Source: Patescibacteria group bacterium
GTDB lineage: Bacteria; Patescibacteriota; Microgenomatia; JAMCZE01
NCBI GenBank assembly: GCA_023380635.1
Contig: JAMCRP010000001.1
Span: 247,911-311,910, forward strand
Length of the DNA stretch: 64,000 nt
Direction of reading: 5' to 3'
A program made the position numbers and the translations under genes. This document shows, in pieces, positions 28,321 through 38,508 of the stretch; the stretch's first letter is position 1, and each line of letters starts with the position of its first letter. The notes below the pieces were generated by a model. The model was not told where the DNA came from. It did not search any database and was given only the letters and a program-made list of their open reading frames with translations.

Positions 28321-29260
28321 AGGGATTAATCCAGGTAAAATTGCGGTAAGCCCACTCCTGGAGCCGGGCCGAATCGCCAAAGCGGTCATCACTTTTCAGC
28401 ACTACGGAAATTATCCGGTGGCCGTCACGGGAAACCGAAGCCACCAAGCACTCCCCGGCCAGATCCGTAAACCCCGTCTTCACTCCGTCGGCTCCGTAAA
28501 GATAGCCCAGAAATTTGTTCACATTTTTCAGCTGAAAAAATTTCTTACCGGTAGTGTCGGACAAAGTAATGCCGTATGTCGCCACCGCCTCGGAAATAAG
28601 AGGGTTTTTCAAAGCGACGGCAGTTAAAAGCGAAATGTCCCGGGCTGAAGAGTAGTGATTATCCGTGTCCAGTCCGCTGGGATTTTCAAAATGAGTATTA
28701 TTCATGTGCAAATTCTGGGCCTTTTTATTCATTGAGTAAATAAAGTTCTCAAATCCTCCGGGATAATTATCAGCCAAAGTATACGCGGCATCATTGCCTG
28801 ACGGCACCAGCAGACCGTAGATTAAATTTCTAACCGTCAGCTTATCTCCGATCTTCAAACCCATGTCTGACTCGCCATCCACCGGGGCTAAACGACGAAC
28901 TGTCAGTACCCGATCAAGCGGATAGTATTCCAAAGCCACCAGGGCAGTCATCAGCTTGGTAATTGAGGCCGGGCGAAGTTTTTCGTTGGGATTAAGACTG
29001 AAAATAGTTACCCCTGATTGTAAGTCCACAACCACCGCTGATCTGGCCGAAATTTCCGGCGGCGCTTCCGTTCCGGTTTTCAGAGGATAACTGCTCGGGA
29101 CAAAGCTGTCAAACTCTGTCGCCCGCACCAGCGGCGGCCTTGGAACCAGTTGTAAAGTTTCATAATAATTTTGTCCCGGCAGGAAAAACAGAAATAAAAG
29201 CAGAGCTGCCAGGGGCCACAGCCGAAGCGTTAGCGGCCTACTTACCAGTTTTTTTTTCAT
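28304..29260 (-). CDS. dacB: D-alanyl-D-alanine carboxypeptidase (S11, PBP5/6-like)
   Basis: Signal peptide/TM. The motifs are SITKLMT (SxxK), SGND (SxN) and KTGFT (KTG). Confidence 0.8.
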   Translation of the reverse strand: MKKKLVSRPLTLRLWPLAALLLFLFFLPGQNYYETLQLVPRPPLVRATEFDSFVPSSYPLKTGTEAPPEISARSAVVVDLQSGVTIFSLNPNEKLRPASITKLMTALVALEYYPLDRVLTVRRLAPVDGESDMGLKIGDKLTVRNLIYGLLVPSGNDAAYTLADNYPGGFENFIYSMNKKAQNLHMNNTHFENPSGLDTDNHYSSARDISLLTAVALKNPLISEAVATYGITLSDTTGKKFFQLKNVNKFLGYLYGADGVKTGFTDLAGECLVASVSRDGHRIISVVLKSDDRFGDSARLQEWAYRNFTWINPYEISN

Positions 29261-30566
29261 GAGCTTTTAACCGAAAGTCTACCCGCTCCATATCGCGGGG
29301 AAAAAGCGAAGCTTCCCGAATGTTTGGTAGATCCAGAATCTTCATTGTCGTTCGCTCCAAACCGTAGGAAAAGCCCCCATGCGGCGGCATTCCATATTTA
29401 AAAGCCTGAAGGTACATCTCAAAATTGGCCGGATTCATTCCCCGCTCCTTAATTATTTCCACTAATTGGTCATAGTCGTGAACCCGCTGGGCCCCACTGC
29501 TAATTTCCAGGCCTTTATAAAGCAAGTCATAGCTCAAACTGTATTCTGGATCTTTAGGATCCGGCAGAGAATAAAACGCCCGTTTCTTGGTTGGGAAATG
29601 AGTGATTATTACTATATCGCTATCATGTTTTTCCAGTGCCCAAGCGCCTATCTCTTTCTCATCCTCCGGCATTAAATCCTTTTCTTTTCGATGATCAACG
29701 CCGGTTCGCTCGAAGATAACTTGCTGAGCTTCCCGCAGGGTCAGGCGGGGAATCTTGCTATAAACTTTGCTGGGCGCCACACCAAGATATTTCAGTGACG
29801 GCGCCGCAGTTTCCTGAGCATAAGCCACCGTTCCGGCAAATGTCTTGCCCAGAAGATCAACAAGCTCATCGAACTCGGCAAAGGCGATTTCGCAATCCAG
29901 TTGAACTGATTCCACCAAGTGTCTGGTGGTGATTGATGGTTCAGCACGGTAGATGTGAGAAATCAAATATACCCGCTCGAAGACTCCGGCCATGATTTGC
30001 TTGTAAAGCTGGGGGCTCTGAACCATAAAAGCCTCGTGTCCAAAATAATCAAACCGAAAGACTTCTGAACCGCCTTCAGTTGATGAGGCAGAAACTGTCG
30101 GCACAAAAACTTCCGTACAACCAAATTCTTTAGCGGTTTTTCGAAAACCTTCGGCCACGGCTTCCTGAACCTTAAATATTGCCCTAATCCTTTCGTGGCG
30201 AAGAGTTAAGGCACGGTGATCAAGCAGCGTCGGCAGTTCCAGATCGAGTTCCGGCTTACCCATGTCAAAAGGATAAGTTTCTGATTTCGCCAGAACTTTG
30301 ATTTCTTTGGCCTCCAGTTCCACCTTTCCGGTTTCCAGTTTCGTATTTACCAGTTTTTCCGGCCTGGCCTTGACCAGTCCAGTTATCTCCACCGCGTCGC
30401 CCACTCCGGCTTCGCAGGAAGTACAAACTACCTGAAGAGTAGCACTCCTGTCCCAGACATCAAGAAATATAATCTTTCCGTGATCGCGGCGCACGCTGAC
30501 CCAACCGTCAATTAACACGGTCTTTCCAACCTGCCCGACAGTATCTTTTATAAGAGTCCGTTCCAT
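29238..30566 (-). CDS. aspS: aspartate--tRNA ligase, archaeal/type-2 (class IIb); AsnRS not fully excluded
   Basis: N-terminal OB fold. Motif 2 is YRAEPSITTRHLVESVQLDCE, where the LDxE pattern favours AspRS. Motif 3 is GMPPHGGFSYGLERTTM. The length is 442 aa. Confidence 0.6.
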   Translation of the reverse strand: MERTLIKDTVGQVGKTVLIDGWVSVRRDHGKIIFLDVWDRSATLQVVCTSCEAGVGDAVEITGLVKARPEKLVNTKLETGKVELEAKEIKVLAKSETYPFDMGKPELDLELPTLLDHRALTLRHERIRAIFKVQEAVAEGFRKTAKEFGCTEVFVPTVSASSTEGGSEVFRFDYFGHEAFMVQSPQLYKQIMAGVFERVYLISHIYRAEPSITTRHLVESVQLDCEIAFAEFDELVDLLGKTFAGTVAYAQETAAPSLKYLGVAPSKVYSKIPRLTLREAQQVIFERTGVDHRKEKDLMPEDEKEIGAWALEKHDSDIVIITHFPTKKRAFYSLPDPKDPEYSLSYDLLYKGLEISSGAQRVHDYDQLVEIIKERGMNPANFEMYLQAFKYGMPPHGGFSYGLERTTMKILDLPNIREASLFPRDMERVDFRLKAHEKKTGK

Positions 30567-30744
30567 ACTGATAGTTTAGCTGGCCCGTTGGGTCTTGACA
30601 AGTAGTCATTAGTTTTTCTAAAATTCAGGGGTCATGCAAAAGAATTATCGCTTTACCTCTCTTATTATTGCCGTCCGGCTTTGGACGGAGAAATAAGGTG
30701 AGAGGCCGATAATTAAAAGCAAAAAAAATAAATTAAATAACGCA

Positions 30745-30773
30745 GCCTCTCACTAAAAAGAGAGGCATTTTTT
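30745..30773 (+). terminator. intrinsic-terminator-like hairpin + U-tract ending exactly at the ATG of 30774 gene
   Basis: GCCTCTC-actaaaaa-GAGAGGC followed by ATTTTTT, then ATG at 30774. Confidence 0.4.
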
Positions 30774-31163
30774 ATGCCGATGTTTAAAAAAATACCCGAA
30801 GTTGATAAGTTCGAAGTTAGTTTGAGATTTCAAGGAATTAGGGAATGCCAAGAAGAGCTTGAACGGCTTAAGGAGAAAACTGATGCGGCCTCTCTAGCGC
30901 GTTGCCGCAAAATAAGAGTTCGCCTGGCTGGACTTCACCAGGCAGTTAAGAACCTCTTAGGACAGAAGGGGGGTGAAAAAATGGAAATCCTGAAATTATC
31001 TAAAAACGATGCTACGAGATTAAGCGAAGCGACAGATACCGTCTTAAGAACGGCCGATGAAGATGATCCGAGATTTTTCCCTGAACCCTACATGGAACTA
31101 CGCGAAATGGCTAAAATGGCAAACGCTTCTCCTAGGAAAAGGGTGACACCCGAAGATCTTTAA
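30774..31163 (+). CDS. hypothetical protein
   Basis: The 129-aa ORF is hydrophilic and I recognise no domain. Its 3' end overlaps recJ by 32 nt (convergent). Confidence 0.4.
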   Translation: MPMFKKIPEVDKFEVSLRFQGIRECQEELERLKEKTDAASLARCRKIRVRLAGLHQAVKNLLGQKGGEKMEILKLSKNDATRLSEATDTVLRTADEDDPRFFPEPYMELREMAKMANASPRKRVTPEDL

Positions 31164-32736
31164 CTTTGAGCTGAAGTTTATGATTGAAATTAAAAGTATC
31201 CAGGGAAATTGAGTAGGCGATCCGAATTGAATCGCCTACTTTTAGTTTGGGCAGCCAGCCTCCCATATTGAAAGCGATGGCATCAAGACCGCTGACAACC
31301 AATTTCAGGTGTTTCCCATCCTGACCAACCGTCCGGATATTTTCCACCGCCACTGTACTGGCAAAAACCGGTTCCGGATTGCCCAAGCCAAACGGCGCCA
31401 TTTTAGTTATCTCCTGATAAAGTTCCATGGTTACTTGGTCCAGTGGCAATTCCATATCCACCCGCAGATTTCTTTCCAGCAGATCATCGGTTATTTGTTT
31501 TCTAGCGTATTCACTAATCGCAATCTTGAACTCCTCTATCCTTGCGGTTTCAATCGAGAATCCAGCCGCCATCGGATGACCACCGGCATTAATCAGAAGT
31601 TTATCGCAAGCTCTTATCGCTTCGATAATATTAAAGCCGGCAATAGATCTGGCCGAAGCCTTACTCACCCCATCAGCTTTGGCAATAACAATTGCCGGCA
31701 GATAGTATTCCTCTACCAGTTTGCCGGCAACCAGACCGATGACACCCTGGTGGTACGATTCATGATCGATTACCAATATCCTGTCCTCGTCCCGCTTAAC
31801 ACTTAATGCCTTCAGTTTGGCATGGTCGCTCATATCCGCCGTCATTGTTTGCCGATCTTTATTGGTATCATTTAAAATTTTTGCTAACTCCCGGGCTTTA
31901 CTCGAATCGTTGGTACAAAGCAGTCGCAAGGCGGTTAAGGCGCTTTCAATCCTTCCGGAGGCATTTAGCCTCGGACCGACGATATAACCGATTTCATAGG
32001 TTCCGATGCTGTTTATCCCCGCCACATCAAACAACGCCCGTAGTCCGACTCGCGGTGTTCTCTGCAGGGCCTCCAGACCAAATTTGACGATCGACCGATT
32101 GATTCCAACCAGAGGCAATAGATCAGTGATCGTGGCAATCGCCGCCAGTTCCAGAAGATTATCTTCAAGTCCCATTGCCCGGGCCATAAAATAGGCAACG
32201 CCCGCCGCGCAAAGTTTTGGCGTGTGAATAATGGCGTAAGCTTTTGGCAGCTTTTTGGGTTTTTCGTGATGATCAAGAATAATGACATCAATTTTTTTCT
32301 TTGCGGCGTAGTCCACGGCCTTATGGGCCACAATACCGCTGTCGACAGCGATAATTAATTTTGTTCCAGCATGTTTTTTATCGGCCAGAATGGTATCGAT
32401 ACCGTCAACTGACAAACCATAACCTTCTTTTTCCCGCGACGGGATAAAAGGCAAAACTTTTGCCCCTAATTTGTTCAGGGCTTCCCACATAATCGCCGTG
32501 GCGCAAATACCGTCAGCGTCATAATCACCGTAGACCACAATCGGCTCCTTTTTCTTTACTGCCCGGCGAATTCTTGTGACCGCTTTCCTCGAATCTAATT
32601 TAAAGTCCGGAAATGGCGGGTTTAAAAATTCTTCCCGATCTTTTTTGGAAGAAATTCCTCTGTTTTCCAAAAGACTGTCAACAATTTTTAACTTTTTACT
32701 TTGAACATTTGACTTGGCTAAAATGTTCCACTTCAT
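31132..32736 (-). CDS. recJ: single-stranded-DNA-specific exonuclease RecJ
   Basis: The DHH motifs are VVYGDYDADGICAT...IAVDSGI...ILDHH, and a DHHA1 C-terminus is present. Confidence 0.88.
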   Translation of the reverse strand: MKWNILAKSNVQSKKLKIVDSLLENRGISSKKDREEFLNPPFPDFKLDSRKAVTRIRRAVKKKEPIVVYGDYDADGICATAIMWEALNKLGAKVLPFIPSREKEGYGLSVDGIDTILADKKHAGTKLIIAVDSGIVAHKAVDYAAKKKIDVIILDHHEKPKKLPKAYAIIHTPKLCAAGVAYFMARAMGLEDNLLELAAIATITDLLPLVGINRSIVKFGLEALQRTPRVGLRALFDVAGINSIGTYEIGYIVGPRLNASGRIESALTALRLLCTNDSSKARELAKILNDTNKDRQTMTADMSDHAKLKALSVKRDEDRILVIDHESYHQGVIGLVAGKLVEEYYLPAIVIAKADGVSKASARSIAGFNIIEAIRACDKLLINAGGHPMAAGFSIETARIEEFKIAISEYARKQITDDLLERNLRVDMELPLDQVTMELYQEITKMAPFGLGNPEPVFASTVAVENIRTVGQDGKHLKLVVSGLDAIAFNMGGWLPKLKVGDSIRIAYSISLDTFNFNHKLQLKVKDLRVSPFS

Positions 32737-32752
32737 GCTAGAATCATATCAT

Positions 32753-34078
32753 ATGATCGAGCTTCCGGATCAAGTTCAGGAATTCATTAACACCGTCGAA
32801 AAAGCCGGTTTTGAGGCTTATGCTGTCGGCGGTTCCGTCCGGGATACTCTCTTAGGTAGACCGACAAAACAGTGGGACTTTACGACAAACGCCATGCCGG
32901 GTGAAATCCAAAAGATTTTCCCGGATAGCTTTTATAACAACAAATACGGCACTGTCGGAGTAAAAGTTGACGGAGATATTTATGAAATCACGACTTTTCG
33001 CAAAGAAGGAAAATATTCCGATATCCGCCACCCTGACGAAATTTCCTGGGCCAAAACTCTTGAGGAAGATTTAGCCAGAAGAGAGTTAACCATCTCGGCC
33101 ATAGCCACCGACGGCAAGAAAATAATTGACCCTTATCGCGGCCGGGAAGATTTGCAAAAGAAAGTTGTCAAATCCGTCGGCAACCCGAACGATCGCTTTA
33201 AAGAGGACGCTTTGCGCATGATCCGGGCAATTCGTATTGCCACCCAATTGGGTTTTAACATTGAGGAAAAAACCTTTGCCGCTATCAAGGAAAACGCCGG
33301 GCTCATTACTACTGTCAGCGGCGAAAGGATTCGCGAAGAACTGATAAAAATTTTATCATCCGACTACCCGGCCGACGGTGTCCAACTTTTATATAACGCC
33401 GGGTTACTGGACTATATTTTGCCGGAACTAACCAAGGGTGTGGGCATGAGACAACCCGGTCACCACATCAGTGATGTCTTTACTCATAGTCTTGACGCTC
33501 TGCGGTTTACTAAGAATCCCGACTGGCTGGTGCGGTTTGCGACTCTAATTCATGACATCGGCAAACCGGCTACCTATAAAGAATTAAACGAAAAGCCGAC
33601 TTTCTATAACCATGAAGTCGTGGGCGCCCACATTGCCAGAGATATTGCCAACCGGTTGCACTTTAGCAAAGAAGACAGAGAAAAACTGTATCTGCTGGTC
33701 CGGTGGCACATGTTCACTGTCAGTGAACTGCTCACTGACGCTGCTATCCGCCGGTTTATCAAAAGAGTTGGCCCGGAAAACACCAGCGATATGCTGGATT
33801 TACGTATTGGTGACAGATTAGGTTCCGGTTCCCGGGAAACTTCCTGGAGATTAGAGAAATTTAAAGAAAGAATTATTGAGGTTCAAAAACACACGCCATC
33901 GGTTAAAGATCTTAAGGTAAACGGCAAAGATGTTATGGAAGTCTTGCATATTAAACCCGGCCCTAAAGTCGGCCAGGTCTTAAACAAATTATTCGATGAA
34001 ATTACTGAAGACCCGTCAAAAAATAACCGGGAATATTTACTTTCGCGGATTCCTTCTTTGCTCCCAAAGGATAAGTAG
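32753..34078 (+). CDS. cca: CCA tRNA nucleotidyltransferase (PolyA-pol head + HD domain)
   Basis: AYAVGGSVRDTLLGRPTKQWDFTT...RRELTISAIA is the nucleotidyltransferase head, and HDIGKP is the HD domain. I chose the start MIELPDQ at 32753 to avoid overlap with the recJ start. Confidence 0.8.
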   Translation: MIELPDQVQEFINTVEKAGFEAYAVGGSVRDTLLGRPTKQWDFTTNAMPGEIQKIFPDSFYNNKYGTVGVKVDGDIYEITTFRKEGKYSDIRHPDEISWAKTLEEDLARRELTISAIATDGKKIIDPYRGREDLQKKVVKSVGNPNDRFKEDALRMIRAIRIATQLGFNIEEKTFAAIKENAGLITTVSGERIREELIKILSSDYPADGVQLLYNAGLLDYILPELTKGVGMRQPGHHISDVFTHSLDALRFTKNPDWLVRFATLIHDIGKPATYKELNEKPTFYNHEVVGAHIARDIANRLHFSKEDREKLYLLVRWHMFTVSELLTDAAIRRFIKRVGPENTSDMLDLRIGDRLGSGSRETSWRLEKFKERIIEVQKHTPSVKDLKVNGKDVMEVLHIKPGPKVGQVLNKLFDEITEDPSKNNREYLLSRIPSLLPKDK

Positions 34079-34930
34079 TGGCGCGGCGTTGAAAATGCTG
34101 CTGTAAGTTCCGGAGAAAATACCGATTAGCAAGGCGATCACAAACCAGCGAATTGATTCTCCGCCGAAAAGGACCAGAGCGAGTAAGGTGAAAAGTACCG
34201 TCAGGGATGTGGTCATTGACCGGGCTAAAGTCTGCAACACCGACTCATTGACCACTTCTTCAAAATTAACCTTTCCGGCTGTTCTTCTCAAGTTTTCTCT
34301 AATTCTATCGAAGACAACAATTGTGTCGTGAACACTAAACCCTATTACTGTCAGTAATGCCGTTACAAAAAGGGCATCAATTTCCACATGGAAGAAATGA
34401 CCCAGGATTGAAAATATACCCGTGACCACCAACACATCATGCAAGAGGGCGACTACCGCGGAAACCCCAAATTTCCAGGGCGAATAGGGTTTGGGAATTT
34501 CCCGGAAAGCATAGGCAATATAAACAATTATTGCTAACGAGGCGACTCCGACTGATTGCATGGCTTTATTGGTTAATTCCTGACCAATTACAGGACCAAC
34601 TGTTTCGAAGCGGGAAATCGAAATCTGCGAACCAAGCTTAGAAGTTAAGTCTGCAAATAGTTTGTCTTTAGTAGCGTTATCGATAGCCTTTGTCCGAAAA
34701 ATGAAATCGCCACCTCCGGCTCTTTGGATCGAAAAAACTTCTACTTGATCTTTCGTGAAAATATCTTTTATTTGATTGCTGTCCGGCCAGCCAGTCACTT
34801 CCAAAAGTGATCCGCCGGTGAAATCAATCGATGGATTTAGTTTCCATTTAATTAAGGAAAAAAGACCCGGCAAAATTACCAGTGAAGAAATGGCAAAAAA
34901 TAACCATTTAAAGCGCATCAAGTTTGTCAT
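34037..34930 (-). CDS. secF: protein translocase subunit SecF
   Basis: IDFTGGSLLEV... plus 6 TM helices. It overlaps secD by 4 nt. Confidence 0.88.
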   Translation of the reverse strand: MTNLMRFKWLFFAISSLVILPGLFSLIKWKLNPSIDFTGGSLLEVTGWPDSNQIKDIFTKDQVEVFSIQRAGGGDFIFRTKAIDNATKDKLFADLTSKLGSQISISRFETVGPVIGQELTNKAMQSVGVASLAIIVYIAYAFREIPKPYSPWKFGVSAVVALLHDVLVVTGIFSILGHFFHVEIDALFVTALLTVIGFSVHDTIVVFDRIRENLRRTAGKVNFEEVVNESVLQTLARSMTTSLTVLFTLLALVLFGGESIRWFVIALLIGIFSGTYSSIFNAAPLLILWEQRRNPRK

Positions 34931-36240
34931 TTTTGAATAAACAATCTAAGTAATGTTCTGGTTACCGTTACAGCCGTAAATAACGAAACGGTGATGCCAA
35001 TGGCCAAAGTAACAGCAAAACCGCGAACGGCGCCAGTGCCAAACCAATACAGAATCGCACAGGTAATCAGTGATGACATATTAGAATCCCGAATGGACGG
35101 AAACGCCCGGGTGAAACCCAATTCCATGGCCGCCAGCCGGTTTCGCCCCCAGCGAATCTCTTCCTTCATTCTTTCAAAAATCAATATATTGGCATCCACC
35201 GCCATACCGATCGAGAGAATAAACCCGGCAATGCCAGCCAAGGTTAAAGTTACCGGAATTAGCTTAAAAATCGCCATGACGGTTAACGAATAAATTACCA
35301 GAGCCAGATCTGCGAACAGCCCCAACTTACCGTAGTTGGCGATCATGAACAAAGCGACGATTGATAACCCGACCAACCCGGCAATTAAGCTTTTATGGAT
35401 CGAATCCTGTCCCAGAGTTGCTCCAATTGACCTTTGCTCCACCACCCTGACGGGCGCCGGTAACGCTCCAGAATTAAGCTCGATGGCAATCTCCTTTGCC
35501 TGCTGGGCTGTGAACTGCCCGGTAATAACCGCCTGACCGTTAGGAATAACGCTTTGAACAGTCGGAGCTAGGAGAAGTTGGTTGTCCAGGAAAATCGCCA
35601 CCCGCTTGCCGATGTTCTCTTTGGTAATCTGCGCAAACTTTTGAGTTCCCTGATCATTAAAAGCCAGCTGAACATCCGGTTCCCCTGTTTGCTGATCAAA
35701 ACCAGGAGTAGCTTTTTGTAAATCCTTTCCGGTGAGGTTAGTTAGTACTTGGTACGGTCCATATATTTGGGCCGCTTCCGTGGCCACATTGGCCGAATCT
35801 GTTGCCGCTTCTTCCCGAAAAGTCAGTTCCGCGGTTTTGCCGATCAGATCCAGAGCTTGCTGAACATCAGTTACTCCGGCCAATTCCACTACAATCCGGT
35901 AGTCGTTATTTACTTTTGAAGTCTGAACGACTGGTTCGGAAATACCGTAAAGGTTCACCCGCCGTTCAATAATACTTTTTAAAGAATCCAGGGCCGTCTG
36001 CCGGTCGGAAGGATTAATGTTACTCATATCCGCCTGTAGTGTCAGCTGAGTTCCTCCGGCCAAATCCAGTCCTTCTTTTATTTCCAAATCCCGGGAAATT
36101 TGGTTACCGAGGATGTCAAAGTTAAAGTTCGGCCGGTTAAATTTCAGCCGCTGAAAGCTGACCGTTTTGGGCATGTCTACTAATATCGCCCCGACGGTCA
36201 ACAAAACTATGAAGAGAATTAAATATTTTGACGGTTTCAT
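34927..36240 (-). CDS. secD: protein translocase subunit SecD
   Basis: LDLAGGTQLTLQAD...LYGISEPVVQ...ELAGVTD is the SecD periplasmic domain, followed by a C-terminal 6-TM domain. Confidence 0.88.
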   Translation of the reverse strand: MKPSKYLILFIVLLTVGAILVDMPKTVSFQRLKFNRPNFNFDILGNQISRDLEIKEGLDLAGGTQLTLQADMSNINPSDRQTALDSLKSIIERRVNLYGISEPVVQTSKVNNDYRIVVELAGVTDVQQALDLIGKTAELTFREEAATDSANVATEAAQIYGPYQVLTNLTGKDLQKATPGFDQQTGEPDVQLAFNDQGTQKFAQITKENIGKRVAIFLDNQLLLAPTVQSVIPNGQAVITGQFTAQQAKEIAIELNSGALPAPVRVVEQRSIGATLGQDSIHKSLIAGLVGLSIVALFMIANYGKLGLFADLALVIYSLTVMAIFKLIPVTLTLAGIAGFILSIGMAVDANILIFERMKEEIRWGRNRLAAMELGFTRAFPSIRDSNMSSLITCAILYWFGTGAVRGFAVTLAIGITVSLFTAVTVTRTLLRLFIQK

Positions 36241-36275
36241 TCTGAAGTTACCGGGTAATAATTTGCCAGCGTATT

Positions 36276-36851
36276 CTACGATATTAGTTCTTCTTCGTCA
36301 CCCACGACCATAATCCGGGAACCATAGAGAATTCCCAGAATAAACGGGTCTTTTTTCTTCTTGCGGAAAACAAATTCTTCTTCCGTCATCGGCGTGAAGA
36401 AAATTTCCCGGCCCCGGCGCAGCTCTTCCTCGCGAACCAACGAGGCCACTTCGGCAACAACCACATTACCGACAATTAACAGATCGACCTCCTCGGCCGA
36501 CCCGGGAATATTTCTGGCAAATTTTCCGGAAAGCATGGCAAACTTCACCCGGCCCAGTTTATTTTTATTTTTAATAATGGCCGCTCCCAGTCCGGAAGTT
36601 TTAGTCACCAATTCCAGAAGGTCGTAGTACAGCGGATAGTCTTTGCGGAAAGTATAGTAAAGCCTGTTGGCCCGGTGTTCTTTAGACACCATTCCGGCTT
36701 TTTCCATATGGGCCAGTTCCCGCCGAACAGCATTAATTTCCTCTTTAGTTTTACGCACCAGTTCACGGACATGAATTATCTGACCCGGAGAAGACAAAAA
36801 AATTTCGAGAAGTTTAACCCTAACCCTGGAAATGATGAGATCATTAAGCAT
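36276..36851 (-). CDS. putative winged-helix transcriptional regulator (function unknown)
   Basis: The N-terminus VKLLEIFLSSPGQIIHVRELVRKTKEEINAVRRELAHMEKAGMV is wHTH-like. The C-terminal domain is unassigned. Confidence 0.4.
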   Translation of the reverse strand: MLNDLIISRVRVKLLEIFLSSPGQIIHVRELVRKTKEEINAVRRELAHMEKAGMVSKEHRANRLYYTFRKDYPLYYDLLELVTKTSGLGAAIIKNKNKLGRVKFAMLSGKFARNIPGSAEEVDLLIVGNVVVAEVASLVREEELRRGREIFFTPMTEEEFVFRKKKKDPFILGILYGSRIMVVGDEEELIS

Positions 36852-36894
36852 AAAGCTTTATATCGGGCAGGGGTTTATGTAACTATACCACTTT

Positions 36895-38106
36895 TTAGCT
36901 AGTTGTCACCTGTTGGCCAAGCGGCAGAGTTTCAATCCATATCTGCCCGCGATTAAATTTTATTTCCCGTCCGGAATTATCAAAATACTTCGTCCTGTCT
37001 GTCCGACTCTTTTTGGACCAAGTTCCCTCAGTTACCTTTCCGTCAATTAAAAATTTTGCTTTCCCCGAACCTTTGGTACCATAGAGCATGTGCACTCCAT
37101 GACCTTCCTCGTTATAACCATCATCAGCAACAGTGAGAGATTCAAATTGTAAAACAACATCTTTAGCCAAAATTTGCTGATTGGTATCCATGTCCCGGTG
37201 CTCCGTACCGCCGTTAAAACGCAGGTATGAGTTGCTATCCCGGTCATATTTCCAAGCGACGGTATAGTCATTGGCGTAAGAAGTGTCTATGTTGGCCAGC
37301 GAAAAAGTTACGGTCGCCCCGCTGGCTGGCCGGTCCGATAAAGCGGCGTCGTCCTTAAAAGTCCAGGGCGTAAAGCTGGTATTCCAACTGGTAGTTTTCC
37401 CTGTCTGATCGTCAGTTTCCGTGTTAGTCAGCCCTCTTTTTGCTGCCGCGAAGTTCCACAGTTTACTCGTAGAGGCATAAACCGTGTGCTCAGTCGGAGT
37501 GTCCGGTCCCAGGCGGTCATAATCGCGCCAGAAAGTCGGAAAACCGATACTGAATTGGTTTAAGTCGTTATATCCTTCCCAACCGTAGCGACCGATTTGG
37601 CCCAGAGCATCCGCTGGACCCGGAGTGTTGGCTCCGCCGACATGGGCGTAAAGTGGAAAATCTCCATATTCCGAGATCCAATCAAGATAATAGGTCCGGG
37701 CGGAACGAACCGGCCCGACAATTTCCGAACTGTCACAATAAAAAACAGCCATAAAGCGGCTGATTCCTCCTTCAGCGTCCGCCTCATAAACAATATCTGC
37801 CGAAGAAAGGCCGGATTGCGGCCGGGCAGCTTTGGAATTTTCAATCATAATCCCCAGAGGCCGGCGCTGTTCCCATTCAGTTCTCTGTGGTTTAGGATAA
37901 AGCGTGCCGTTAAGCGGACAGGCTTCGGTCCGGGGCAAATTAGCATATTTTTTCTCCGGCACCTGGAATTTACCATTCTTGTCAGTAGTTGCAGTCGTTG
38001 TAGCGTCCGGAACTCCGGGGCGAAAATAGGAAAAAGCAGCGTAGGAACTACCTGCGCAGAGCAAATAAAGAGCCAGACCTAAAAATATAACTGTCGTCTT
38101 TTGCAT
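36895..38106 (-). CDS. DUF3048 (YerB-like) domain secreted protein
   Basis: Signal peptide. IMIENSKAARPQSGLSSADIVYEADAEGGISRFMAVF is the DUF3048 N-terminal signature. Confidence 0.7.
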   Translation of the reverse strand: MQKTTVIFLGLALYLLCAGSSYAAFSYFRPGVPDATTTATTDKNGKFQVPEKKYANLPRTEACPLNGTLYPKPQRTEWEQRRPLGIMIENSKAARPQSGLSSADIVYEADAEGGISRFMAVFYCDSSEIVGPVRSARTYYLDWISEYGDFPLYAHVGGANTPGPADALGQIGRYGWEGYNDLNQFSIGFPTFWRDYDRLGPDTPTEHTVYASTSKLWNFAAAKRGLTNTETDDQTGKTTSWNTSFTPWTFKDDAALSDRPASGATVTFSLANIDTSYANDYTVAWKYDRDSNSYLRFNGGTEHRDMDTNQQILAKDVVLQFESLTVADDGYNEEGHGVHMLYGTKGSGKAKFLIDGKVTEGTWSKKSRTDRTKYFDNSGREIKFNRGQIWIETLPLGQQVTTS

Positions 38107-38344
38107 GATGAGTAATTTGCGTATTCATACTATACAAAGCTTGACCGGAGTTAGTCAATATGCTAAAACAAGCTGCATGACTTCCGCGCCAAAAGATTAT
38201 TCTTATGTCGGTTCCGATATCAAACGCATTCTTTTTTTGACTCTGCTTGCAATTCTTTCGCAGCTTGTGCTATGGTATGTGCTAGGCAAAGGTTTAATAA
38301 AAATCTAGCTTAAAGTAACTGCCTTAAAGGGGGTGAAGAACTAA

Positions 38345-38488
38345 ATGCAAGGATATTGTGTTAAATGCCGCGCCAAAGTCACTATTGCCAACGGTAAAGA
38401 TGTGACTTGGAAGAACGGCCGCAGAGCCCATGTCGGCAAATGCCCGACCTGTGGCACCACTGTCGCTCGGGTTATGGGAAAAGCCTAA
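38345..38488 (+). CDS. 47-aa zinc-ribbon protein (DUF5679-like), not in ORF track
   Basis: The product is MQGYCVKCRAKVTIANGKDVTWKNGRRAHVGKCPTCGTTVARVMGKA, with two CxxC pairs. GGGGGTG lies about 10 nt upstream of the ATG. An intrinsic terminator follows the stop. Confidence 0.6.
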   Translation: MQGYCVKCRAKVTIANGKDVTWKNGRRAHVGKCPTCGTTVARVMGKA

Positions 38489-38508
38489 ACTTTTTTGAAG
38501 ATTTACTT

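Noticed and set aside
27998-28627. 209-aa plus-strand ORF
   Set aside because: It is antisense to tsaE and the D-Ala-D-Ala carboxypeptidase, both of which have unmistakable motifs. It has no recognisable features.
38105-38308. 67-aa ORF with a C-terminal hydrophobic stretch
   Set aside because: It overlaps the start of the DUF3048 gene head-to-head and has no RBS. More likely it covers the promoter region for the divergent DUF3048 and zinc-ribbon genes. I could not exclude a small membrane protein, so I left it uncalled.
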